64,000 nt of DNA from Cyanobacteriota bacterium (GTDB taxonomy: Bacteria; Cyanobacteriota; Vampirovibrionia; JBFMGH01): positions 37,978 to 101,977 of the forward strand of contig JBFMGH010000264.1 of the NCBI GenBank assembly GCA_040752795.1, written 5' to 3'. Below the pieces are notes generated by a model that was given only the letters and a program-made list of their open reading frames with translations, ran no database searches and was not told the DNA's origin. The position numbers and the translations under genes are program-made. Positions 47,837 to 56,553 of this stretch are shown piece by piece (position 1 is the first letter of the stretch; each line of letters opens with the position of its first letter).

Positions 47837-49690
47837 ATGAACCTTTTAACAGAAAAGCAATTAAAACGTTTATATCTCATACTTATATTATTTATAATAA
47901 CTATAGGTATCGCTTTCAGGCTCCATAGTATTGATTTAAGAGTTCTCTTTACTGATGAAGCTGTGCACTATAATTTTATTAAGTCTTTAAATAAAACTCA
48001 GCAGTATAAATACAAAGAAATAATCTCTTTTTCTTATATAAACACATTAAATGATACCTTAAACATATATCATTATTTTGAAAATAACATGAATAAGGGT
48101 GATTCAGTATGGAAAGCATCCTCTTATCGTTATAAAGAGTTATTAAAAGCCCCTATTATTACAGCTAATGTAAATCTATTTGTGCAGCCTTACTATTATT
48201 TTAGGCACTTATTTAATAATAAATCTTATATTTATGACCCTGTTTATCATGGTCCATTTATCTATTACCTTGGTGATCTCGTTTTTAACATAGCTGGTCA
48301 GTATAGTATATGGTTATTAAGGTTACCAATGGTTCTTTGTAGTATACTGGGCCTGTGTTTTGTCTTTTTATTTTTCAGGCATCTTGGGAAATTTGGATTA
48401 TTTTTAACGTTGATGCTTATGGCTGTTTCTCCTGCTCTGGTTTATTATTCTAACCTGGCTAATTATGAGAATTATATTGCTTATCTAAATATTCTTGGGG
48501 TAGGCTTGCTCCTTTTAGGAATACATAAAAGGAGCCCTATGATTTTATTTGCTTCTGGTTTTACGCTTTTAGCCTTAATGACAATAAAAGAAACAGCACT
48601 GGTAGCCTGGTTTTGTATAGTTGTTGCTACTTCTTTAACTTATATAATTCTATACATAAAAAATAGGCCTTCAGATATTATACGTAAACTGGAAGATTAT
48701 GTTATTAATACCTTTAACGGTACTTATAATAAAAGTCTGGTCAGGTATGTATTGCCAGCTTTGCTTTGTTTTATAATTTCAGGCATTTTCTTTGCTGCCT
48801 TATATTCTTCTTTTGGTGGTAACCCGGTTGGTGTTCATGATGGTCTAACAAGCTGGATGTACTGGAAAAATACCGGTGCTTCTGGCGGACATGTTAAACC
48901 ATTTGGTTATTATAATGAGATAATTATTCAATATGATTTTATGATAGTGTTTCTGTTTTTTACAGGAGCTATAGTTACTATATTTACTACTAGAGATCGA
49001 TATAAAATATTTTTAGCCTTTTGGGCAATTCTATTATGGTTTGTTTATTCTTGCATTCCATATAAAACACCCTGGCTGGTACTTAACTTTTTAGCTCCAT
49101 TTGCTATAGTTGCCGGAATTGGCTGGAATATTATTTATAATATGATGGATAAAAAGGCTTACAAATATATTACTGTATTGATAATACTTGTTTTAACATT
49201 AAATGCTGTTACTAAATCTATTGAAGTTAAGTGGATAACCTATGACTATCCTGAAAATAAATTTACGTATGTTCATACATACAGAGAATTTGAAGAAGAA
49301 GTTAAGGCGGTTTATTCCTTGGCTCAGGCTTCCAGAGATGGTTATAAAATTAATATATCTGTAGCAGCTCCAGAATATTGGCCTCTACCAGCTTATATAG
49401 ATAAATTCCCTCATGTGGGTTACTTTACTGGAATAAGAGGTAGAAATCTAAACCTTAATGCACCTATTGTTATTAATGATAAAAGAGACAACCCGGAATT
49501 GGTAGAATATATGTTGGAATCTGATGTTAATGACTTTGTAAAATTAAGAGATTTTAAACAACGTCCTGGTGTTGATCATACAATATTTGTAAAAGAAGAT
49601 TTACTCAAGACTTATCTTGATGGTAAGCATTATGATACATGGCTATCTAAAAAAGCTAGATACCTTTTAAACGAGCCCACCAGGTATTGA
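47837..49690 (+). CDS. GT-C fold polytopic membrane glycosyltransferase (ArnT/PMT/GT39-GT83-like)
   Basis: It starts 1 nt after the preceding stop. There are 11 or more TM helices with a DE-containing first loop (RVLFTDEAVHYNF) and a large C-terminal soluble domain. It is adjacent to the polyprenyl-P sugar synthase. Confidence 0.65.
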   Translation: MNLLTEKQLKRLYLILILFIITIGIAFRLHSIDLRVLFTDEAVHYNFIKSLNKTQQYKYKEIISFSYINTLNDTLNIYHYFENNMNKGDSVWKASSYRYKELLKAPIITANVNLFVQPYYYFRHLFNNKSYIYDPVYHGPFIYYLGDLVFNIAGQYSIWLLRLPMVLCSILGLCFVFLFFRHLGKFGLFLTLMLMAVSPALVYYSNLANYENYIAYLNILGVGLLLLGIHKRSPMILFASGFTLLALMTIKETALVAWFCIVVATSLTYIILYIKNRPSDIIRKLEDYVINTFNGTYNKSLVRYVLPALLCFIISGIFFAALYSSFGGNPVGVHDGLTSWMYWKNTGASGGHVKPFGYYNEIIIQYDFMIVFLFFTGAIVTIFTTRDRYKIFLAFWAILLWFVYSCIPYKTPWLVLNFLAPFAIVAGIGWNIIYNMMDKKAYKYITVLIILVLTLNAVTKSIEVKWITYDYPENKFTYVHTYREFEEEVKAVYSLAQASRDGYKINISVAAPEYWPLPAYIDKFPHVGYFTGIRGRNLNLNAPIVINDKRDNPELVEYMLESDVNDFVKLRDFKQRPGVDHTIFVKEDLLKTYLDGKHYDTWLSKKARYLLNEPTRY

Positions 49691-50380
49691 ATCTTTTAAA
49701 TTGAATGGATCAAAAGGGTTATAAGGCGTCTTGTTTAAGTTAACATTAACAGGCTGCCCATTTCCATTAAATGTTTGTGGTGCAGGATCATTGAATGGGC
49801 TAAAATTAGAATTCTCTCTCTTTCCTACATTATATCCATTCATTTTAAGAGAGTCAAAACCGGTTCCTATATCCTTACTTTTTGCTATTTTTGGAATAAT
49901 ATTTTGTTTAACATAACTGGAAACTACTGGACCAATTACAGAAGCTCCTACTGCAAATGCTACAAGACTGTTAACCGGGCCACCAAGTTTAGCCATTTTT
50001 GCTAACTGTTGTGTTAATGCACCGCTAAGCCACCAGGCACCATGGTTTACTGCCGTGTCAGTTTTTTCTTCAGGTGTATCTTGTTGTGCTATTTTATATA
50101 ATGCTATAGCCCCTGCGACAATTGGCAGGGTAAAATACGGTAAAACTTTATTATTTGCATTGTATAGTAAATACCCTCCCAGCCAGCTTATAATTGAGTT
50201 GGTTAAAATATCTCCACGTTGTTGAGGATCCTTTTCTGTACCAAGTTTATAGGCCATGTTGCCTATTAATAAACCCGGTAAAACAACACTTTTTGTAGGA
50301 ATGTTGTTAAACTTTGCTACAGAAGTTATTGCTTTTTGACCTATGTTTGGAACTGTAGTCATGAGGAGATATTTTTCCAT
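49667..50380 (-). CDS. Hypothetical protein, partly hydrophobic with an Asn/Pro-rich C-terminus
   Basis: ORF only. It is convergent with the GT-C gene and overlaps it by 24 bp. Confidence 0.4.
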   Translation of the reverse strand: MEKYLLMTTVPNIGQKAITSVAKFNNIPTKSVVLPGLLIGNMAYKLGTEKDPQQRGDILTNSIISWLGGYLLYNANNKVLPYFTLPIVAGAIALYKIAQQDTPEEKTDTAVNHGAWWLSGALTQQLAKMAKLGGPVNSLVAFAVGASVIGPVVSSYVKQNIIPKIAKSKDIGTGFDSLKMNGYNVGKRENSNFSPFNDPAPQTFNGNGQPVNVNLNKTPYNPFDPFNLKDSIPGGLV

Positions 50381-50475
50381 TTTGGGTGGTACACTAATAT
50401 AATGTTTGTGAATAATAAAAATTGCTTACATGTATTACATTATTATCATGATTTTAACGTTTATTTACAAAACTT

Positions 50476-51123
50476 ATGCATGAAGATAAGTTTATTAAAC
50501 TAAGGCAACATCTAATTAATAGCCTTAAACGTAAGGGTATACTCGATAATCGAGTTCTTGATGCCATGATGAAGGTAGCAAGACACGAATTTATTGAAAG
50601 AAGATTTTTGATTGATCCGTATGAAGATGCTCCTCAGAGTATTGGAGATGGACAAACTATTTCGCAACCTTATATTGTTGCACTTATGACTGAATATTTA
50701 GAATTAACTGGAGATGAAACGGTTTTAGAGTTAGGCACTGGGTGTGGATACCAGACGGCAATCCTTTGTGAGCTTGCAAAACAAGTATATTCTATAGAAA
50801 GGATTGAGAATTTATATAAAAAAAGTAAAAAAAATCTTGAGAAGTTAGGCTATAAAAACTATAAGCTCAAATTGGATGATGGAACCCTCGGCTGGGAAGA
50901 ATATGCCCCATTTGATGCTATTATTGTTACGGCTACAGCTCCAGATATTCCTGAACCTCTTAAAAAACAGCTGTCAATAGGAGGAAGAATGGTTATACCT
51001 GTAGGTAAAGGTTCTCCGCAAGAGCTTGTTTGTGTTGTGCGCAACACTAATGATTATCAAACAAGCTTTATTTGTGGGGTTTATTTTGTACCACTAATAG
51101 GTAAACATGCATGGCAAAAGTGA
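50476..51123 (+). CDS. pcm: Protein-L-isoaspartate O-methyltransferase
   Basis: The SAM-binding motif VLELGTGCGYQTAIL and the conserved ISQPYIVALM are present. Confidence 0.9.
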   Translation: MHEDKFIKLRQHLINSLKRKGILDNRVLDAMMKVARHEFIERRFLIDPYEDAPQSIGDGQTISQPYIVALMTEYLELTGDETVLELGTGCGYQTAILCELAKQVYSIERIENLYKKSKKNLEKLGYKNYKLKLDDGTLGWEEYAPFDAIIVTATAPDIPEPLKKQLSIGGRMVIPVGKGSPQELVCVVRNTNDYQTSFICGVYFVPLIGKHAWQK

Positions 51124-51310
51124 AAAGGACTTTTATAGTAGATGATAATTATATTGTTTATGTTAAGAGAGATTTTTTGACTTCTGTAAACACTATTACT
51201 AACTTTGATACTCTTTTGCTTGTTACATTTTTAAAGTAATATTTATATTATTTTTATATTTCCCTTTAAAAATCTTTTAAAAAATTAAACATTCTTATCA
51301 ATCTACTAAA

Positions 51311-51352
51311 TTTGTAAAAATTGTAAAAATTTTCTACAAAACTGTAATATAA
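51311..51352 (+). promoter_or_regulatory. TACA/TGTA dyad elements (BlaI/MecI-type operator-like) upstream of the BlaI-family repressor gene
   Basis: tttGTAAAAATTGTAAAAATTTTCTACAAAACTGTAATat. It contains TTGTA-N9-TACAA and TACA-AAAC-TGTA dyads about 110 bp upstream of the repressor start. Confidence 0.4.
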
Positions 51353-51459
51353 ATGTGGTTTTCCGCCCGTTTAGTTTTATACTAGATAATAGCATGTGTT
51401 TGAAATTAAAATTTTCGATTTATACAGAATTTTGATTTTTATAGGAGGTTTCGAATAAT

Positions 51460-51831
51460 ATGGAGCTTAAACAAGGCGACCTTGAAAATATTATATTGAA
51501 TGCACTGTGGTTAATGGAAGAAGAAGATAAAGACAAAATAGACGTTAGAGATGTCCAGGAAAAAATAAAAACTGATACACAAAGCTGGGCTTATACTACA
51601 GTTAAAACTGTTCTGGATAGACTCGTTGATAAAGAATTAGTTCTCAGAATTAAAGAAGGTAAAAAGTATCTTTATCGTACAGTTGTAGATCGTCAACAGG
51701 CTGGTGAAGATGCTATTAAAAAGCTAGCTAAACAATATTTCAGGAACAATTATAAGGATATGATATCTTGTGCGGAGCGTTTAAACTCTACTGTAACTGA
51801 AGTTCTTGAATTAGTACCTGCTGTTCACTAA
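51460..51831 (+). CDS. BlaI/MecI/CopY-family winged-helix transcriptional repressor
   Basis: The N-terminal wHTH is typical of the penicillinase-repressor family (LENIILNALW...WAYTTVKTVLDRLVDKELVLRIKEGKKYLYR) at 123 aa. No cognate BlaR1/M56 sensor gene follows. Confidence 0.8.
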   Translation: MELKQGDLENIILNALWLMEEEDKDKIDVRDVQEKIKTDTQSWAYTTVKTVLDRLVDKELVLRIKEGKKYLYRTVVDRQQAGEDAIKKLAKQYFRNNYKDMISCAERLNSTVTEVLELVPAVH

Positions 51832-51898
51832 ATCTGACAATAATTGGCTTTATTGTTCGATTCAATCTGCAGAAAGGTCAAGCTTTTCAGAGGTTGAT

Positions 51899-52099
51899 AT
51901 GAAGAAATATGTGAACTCTGTCAGTCAATTGTTAGATATTCAATATGCTAATTCAGAATGCTCTTGCTATAAAGAGTTCGGTCTTGATGAAGATTTTCTT
52001 TGTGATTTATGCCGGTCTCGTTTAAAGCAGAGTCGAACAAAAGTTAAACGTAAACAGAGACAAGAATCTAAAGCAAAACATAAAAAAATTAAGTATTAA
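51899..52099 (+). CDS. Small protein (66 aa) with CxC...CxxC followed by a highly basic tail
   Basis: CSCYKEF...CDLCRSRLKQSRTKVKRKQRQESKAKHKKIKY. It shares a stop/start overlap with the next ORF. Confidence 0.35.
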   Translation: MKKYVNSVSQLLDIQYANSECSCYKEFGLDEDFLCDLCRSRLKQSRTKVKRKQRQESKAKHKKIKY

Positions 52100-52479
52100 T
52101 GCTAAATGTCCTGATTATACCCCCTGATAATACTGATTATGTTGATTCTATTATTGAATTGGCCAGGGATGCTAAACAAGCTTTCCCGGAAATTTCTATT
52201 TCCATTTTAGTAACAACTGATACTTATGATCACTATTACTATAGTGGCTATTTTGAAGGTTTAATAATTAATCCTAAATCTGTATTGAGAAAACTAAGCC
52301 TGTTTGAAGTTAAACAGTTTGATGTTGCTTTAATAGCAGAACACAAATGTGTTTGGGGTATGGCATGCTTAAAAGCTGGCATAAAAAACAAGCTCAACTT
52401 TTGGCCAGATTTCTCTACTCAAGATAGAAAACAAAGAATATTTTCTAAACTTTCTGAAATTAGTGCTAAGAACAATTAG
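52099..52479 (+). CDS. Hypothetical protein (126 aa)
   Basis: ORF only, coupled to the upstream small ORF (ATGA overlap). Confidence 0.35.
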   Translation: MLNVLIIPPDNTDYVDSIIELARDAKQAFPEISISILVTTDTYDHYYYSGYFEGLIINPKSVLRKLSLFEVKQFDVALIAEHKCVWGMACLKAGIKNKLNFWPDFSTQDRKQRIFSKLSEISAKNN

Positions 52480-52501
52480 AACAATATTTTTGAAGATATT
52501 A

Positions 52502-53092
52502 TTATAAAGAGTGTTTTAAAAAATCTACTACTCTCTTGCCAAGTAGTTCTGCTGTAATAGCTGATATTTCATATTCATTAGATCCGGGTTGTGCGCTGGT
52601 TATAGTGTCTACTCCACCCAGATATACCATATTACAAAATTTTGCACCCTCTTCTACCATTTTAAATACAGGGTGTGACATGGTTGAGCTGGGGTTGGCA
52701 TGGGCTGTTACTACAGCTATACCTTTACCATCCAGACGAAGTTTGCCTTTGTCATCAGAAAAATCATACCATCTATCCAGGAAGTTTTTCATTATACCAC
52801 TAACAGTGAACCAGTATATTGGAGTGGCAAGTATGATTACTCTGCTAGTGAGAATCATTGGCACTAATTCTTTCATTCCATCATTGGGTATTTTCTGTTC
52901 TGTGCTTTCTATAAAACTTCTTGCAATTGGTTTAATATCATATTTATAAAGGTCAACTTTATTAAAATGCATAGTTTCATCTTTAAACTTATCAAAACCA
53001 TCGTTAACCTTTTTTAGTAACCAGTTCGTTGATCCGGTTGATCTTGCAGAACCTAAAAATGCTGTTACTAGTTTTTTATTTTCCTGAGTCAT
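52502..53092 (-). CDS. Flavodoxin-like fold NAD(P)H-dependent oxidoreductase (FMN reductase / quinone reductase family)
   Basis: The N-terminus LVTAFLGSARSTGSTNWLLKKV, the 196-aa length and a flavodoxin-like pattern fit this family. Confidence 0.7.
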   Translation of the reverse strand: MTQENKKLVTAFLGSARSTGSTNWLLKKVNDGFDKFKDETMHFNKVDLYKYDIKPIARSFIESTEQKIPNDGMKELVPMILTSRVIILATPIYWFTVSGIMKNFLDRWYDFSDDKGKLRLDGKGIAVVTAHANPSSTMSHPVFKMVEEGAKFCNMVYLGGVDTITSAQPGSNEYEISAITAELLGKRVVDFLKHSL

Positions 53093-53212
53093 TACTCAAT
53101 CCTCACAGCTAAAAAAATACTTTTAATATCTTATCATTACTTCAGTTAATACTAAAAAGGATTAATAATCTTAAACAATTTGTTTGCTTTCAGGTGTTAA
53201 TTTTAGTTATTA

Positions 53213-53752
53213 TCACAAGAAAAGTAATCTGCATATAAATAATGAAGCCAGAATCCCAGCGATATCTGCTAAAAGACCGGCTGGTACTGCATGCCTTGTT
53301 TTGTAAATGCCTACTGCTCCAAAATATACTGCAAGAACGTAAAAGGTTGTTTCAGTGCTACCTGTCATTGTAGCAGCTAGCCATCCTGTAAAAGAGTCTA
53401 CAGGGCTATTTTCAATAATACTTGTCATGATAGCAAAAGATCCACTGCCTGATAATGGTCTAACTATTGCCAGTGGGAGTGTTTCTACAGGCATGCCTAT
53501 TATATTTAGTGCTGGTGCTAATAATTTACTAATTAATTCAATAGCTCCTGAAGCTTGAAACATTCCTATAGCAACTAAAATCGCTACTAGATATGGTATA
53601 ATTCTTACCCCTACATCAAAGCCATCTTTAGCACCTTCTATAAAGCTTTCATAGACTTTTACTTTTTTAAAGCTAGCATGTATCAATATCACAACTAATA
53701 TTGAAGGTATTGCCAGTAAAGAAACAGTATTTAGTATTTCTTTAATTTCCAT
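53213..53752 (-). CDS. spmB: Spore-maturation-protein-B-like nucleoside-recognition (Gate) domain membrane protein
   Basis: The 4-5 TM Gate domain pairs with the upstream SpmA-like gene, which it overlaps by 11 bp. Confidence 0.75.
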   Translation of the reverse strand: MEIKEILNTVSLLAIPSILVVILIHASFKKVKVYESFIEGAKDGFDVGVRIIPYLVAILVAIGMFQASGAIELISKLLAPALNIIGMPVETLPLAIVRPLSGSGSFAIMTSIIENSPVDSFTGWLAATMTGSTETTFYVLAVYFGAVGIYKTRHAVPAGLLADIAGILASLFICRLLFL

Positions 53753-54365
53753 CAGCTTTTTCTTTCTGTGTTATTTTTTCTATGCTGAATATTGGTAGTT
53801 TTTCAAGAAGTTTAACACTTACTATTGCTACTAGGGTTGATATTGTAGTAGCAAATAGAGTTGCACCAATTATTTGCGTTGGGTTTGTATAGTTGAATTG
53901 TCTTAGAATACCTATTGCCATTATAGGTATCAGTTGGACGCTGGAAGTGTTAATAGCCAGGAAAGTACACATAGCATTAGTAGCAACACCTTCGTTTTCG
54001 TTTAGCTGGTTTAAATCTTCCATTGCTTTAATGCCTAAAGGTGTTGCAGCGTTACCCAGCCCAAGCATGTTGGCTGATATGTTCATTACCATAGAGCCAA
54101 TAGCAGGGTGCTCAGGTGGTATATCAGGAAACAATTTAAGGGCTACTGGTGTAACTAGTTTGCTAATTAGTTTGATTAGTTGTGATTCTTCTGCTATTTT
54201 CATTATACCCAGCCAGAAAGCCATTAAGCCAATTAGTCCTATAGATAATGTAACAGCTTTGCTAGCTGAAATAAAAGCTGATTCTGTTACTTCTTCAATC
54301 TTTCCATTTATGGCACCAATTATTAGGGCACTTAGAATGAAGAATAGCCAGATATAATTCAACAT
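53742..54365 (-). CDS. spmA: Spore-maturation-protein-A-like nucleoside-recognition (Gate) domain membrane protein
   Basis: The N-terminus MLNYIWLFFILSALIIGAINGKIEE is typical of SpmA/YjiH-type proteins. Confidence 0.75.
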   Translation of the reverse strand: MLNYIWLFFILSALIIGAINGKIEEVTESAFISASKAVTLSIGLIGLMAFWLGIMKIAEESQLIKLISKLVTPVALKLFPDIPPEHPAIGSMVMNISANMLGLGNAATPLGIKAMEDLNQLNENEGVATNAMCTFLAINTSSVQLIPIMAIGILRQFNYTNPTQIIGATLFATTISTLVAIVSVKLLEKLPIFSIEKITQKEKADGN

Positions 54366-54521
54366 TTAGAATCTTACCACTACTATCTTTTGAACTCCAT
54401 TATAATATACTAAAAATAATATGAGTTTACAGCTAAAAATCTTTTAATTAATAATTTTCTATAACTAGGTTTTATCGTCAATTGTTTAATAATCTTTAAG
54501 CTTTTATATTGGAGAAATTTT

Positions 54522-55154
54522 TTGTATATAGACCTGAAAAGAATTATTTTCCTGGCAACTTTTATGATCTCTGTATTAATCTTTTGTTCTTCTCAGGGAT
54601 ATTTAGAATATAAACCAACTACCCCTTTTCAAAAAAAACTTCCTGTTTTAGAAAGGCCTGATAATCCTAATAACAATAGGGAAAATATTCGTAGTAGTGA
54701 TTTACCAGATGAGACAATATATGTTAATCCTGATAGCCAGAGAGAGTCATATATATATAAGCCAGGAAATGCTTTTAGACTGGTCGTAACTAAAGATAAA
54801 TATCCTGATATTCTTCCGGATAAGAGTGTTTATGGTGTGATTACTTTAAAGGTCACTTCTGACTATAAAGCAACCAGCAGGGTTATTTATTCCAAAAAAA
54901 ACTATAGATTTGACAGACTTAGCTGGGCAATTAGAACTGGTTGGAACGAAACAATACCGTTTTTTAGCAGGTTAAAAGGTTTTAGTAAATATCTTAAGCC
55001 ATTTAATACCCCTGTATATGCTCATTTTTATATTAATGGCGTTAAGGAATATCCTGAATATCCTGGTCAATTTTATCATTGGCCTAGAGAAGCTCTGGAA
55101 GACTATTATTTATATATATTACAAAAGATTGATGCAGTTGCTTCTCAAAATTAG
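54522..55154 (+). CDS. Secreted hypothetical protein (signal peptide), Tyr/Pro-rich
   Basis: An N-terminal hydrophobic signal (IIFLATFMISVLIFCSSQG) is present. No known motif is visible. Confidence 0.45.
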   Translation: MYIDLKRIIFLATFMISVLIFCSSQGYLEYKPTTPFQKKLPVLERPDNPNNNRENIRSSDLPDETIYVNPDSQRESYIYKPGNAFRLVVTKDKYPDILPDKSVYGVITLKVTSDYKATSRVIYSKKNYRFDRLSWAIRTGWNETIPFFSRLKGFSKYLKPFNTPVYAHFYINGVKEYPEYPGQFYHWPREALEDYYLYILQKIDAVASQN

Positions 55155-55230
55155 TTTAAATTCCTGAGAATTATCATGATATAATTTTCCTTACAGGGGA
55201 ACATACTGTAGAAAGGTTAGAATTACTGCT

Positions 55231-56073
55231 ATGAGAGGAATCAAACAATTTGCTAAGCCAACTAGCCTTGAGTATGCTCTAAAAATGCTTCATATGCATC
55301 AAGGAGATGCTCTGATCCTCGCTGGTGGAACCCATTTAGCATTGCAAAAGCAAACAAAATACTCTTTTCTTATTGATATTAAAGAATTAGGCTTTAATTA
55401 TATCAAAGAAGAAGGAGATAATATTAAAATTGGAGCAACTACCAGGCCAGTAGATATTATTAATAGTGATCTTTTAAAAGAGTTTGCTGGAGGTATTCTT
55501 GTTGAAGCTGCTTCTAAAATTGGCTCAGTGCTAACAAGAAATTTGGTAACAGTTGGTGGAAACGTATATTCTATGTTTCCATGGTCAAATTTACCATCTG
55601 CTTTATTAGTTTTAGATGCAAGTGTTGAGTTAAGGTCTATTGACGAATCTAGAATTGTTAAATTACAAGAACTCTTACAGGGTAATCCAAGGAAATTTGT
55701 AGAAAAGAACGAACTTATAACATCAATAATAATTCCTAAATCTTCTAAAAACTTAAAAACAAGCTATAAAGTATTTAGCTTAACTGAAAATGACTATGAT
55801 ATAGCTATACTGGCAGTAGGGTTATCTATGGAATCCAGTATCTGCAAAGGTGCAAGAATAGCTTTAGGAGCTGCAATATCTCCATGTGATTTATTGCCTG
55901 AAGTTGAAAAGATTTTAGAAAATCAGGAACTCTCTTCTGGTCTTATTGAAAAGGTTGCTAATAAGGCTATTGAAAATATTAGTTTGATTAAAGACTTCAG
56001 AACCACTGATCAACATCGTATAGATGTTGTTAAAATATTGATAAAAAGAGCGTTAGAAGAAATCAGGGTGTAA
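55231..56073 (+). CDS. Xanthine dehydrogenase-family molybdoenzyme, FAD-binding subunit (CoxM/XdhB-like)
   Basis: The motif ALILAGGTHLAL is present, at 280 aa. It is followed by the FeS and Moco subunits. Confidence 0.85.
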   Translation: MRGIKQFAKPTSLEYALKMLHMHQGDALILAGGTHLALQKQTKYSFLIDIKELGFNYIKEEGDNIKIGATTRPVDIINSDLLKEFAGGILVEAASKIGSVLTRNLVTVGGNVYSMFPWSNLPSALLVLDASVELRSIDESRIVKLQELLQGNPRKFVEKNELITSIIIPKSSKNLKTSYKVFSLTENDYDIAILAVGLSMESSICKGARIALGAAISPCDLLPEVEKILENQELSSGLIEKVANKAIENISLIKDFRTTDQHRIDVVKILIKRALEEIRV

Positions 56074-56083
56074 AGGTTTTGAT

Positions 56084-56551
56084 ATGGAAGTTGTTTTAAA
56101 TATTAATGGCAAAGATCTAGCATTGCAAATTGAACCGGGTGATATATTGATTAATACTTTGAGAAATAATGGTTATTTTGGACCTAAACGAGCTTGTGAT
56201 ACTGGTGATTGTGGGGCATGCACTATTTTGTTGGATGGTATGCCTGTAAATTCCTGCCTAATTTTTACAGCCAGTGCTGTAGGCAAAAAGATAGAAACTG
56301 TTGAGTCTTTAGGTACTGTTACTAATCCACATCCTCTCCAGAAGAAATTTGTTGAAGAGGGTGCAGTGCAATGTGGCTACTGTATACCAGGTATGCTTAT
56401 GTCAGCTAAGGCACTATTAGATAAGAATAATAATCCAACAGAAGATGAGGTTAAAGCAGCTTTGAGCGGTCATCTTTGTCGATGCACTGGTTATGTGAAA
56501 CAGATTAAAGCTGTCATTAGTGCTGCTGAAGAATTAAGAGGGGATAAATAA
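56084..56551 (+). CDS. Xanthine dehydrogenase-family [2Fe-2S] subunit (CoxS/XdhC-like)
   Basis: Two Cys clusters are present: CDTGDCGACT and CGYCIPGM...CRCTGY. Confidence 0.9.
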   Translation: MEVVLNINGKDLALQIEPGDILINTLRNNGYFGPKRACDTGDCGACTILLDGMPVNSCLIFTASAVGKKIETVESLGTVTNPHPLQKKFVEEGAVQCGYCIPGMLMSAKALLDKNNNPTEDEVKAALSGHLCRCTGYVKQIKAVISAAEELRGDK

Positions 56552-56553
56552 TA

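Noticed and set aside
52099-52479. Tentative assignment of the 126-aa protein as a truncated GT9 heptosyltransferase.
   Set aside because: It only loosely resembles the N-terminal MKILIIR..DVI pattern. It is too short, and the key motifs cannot be confirmed without a profile search.
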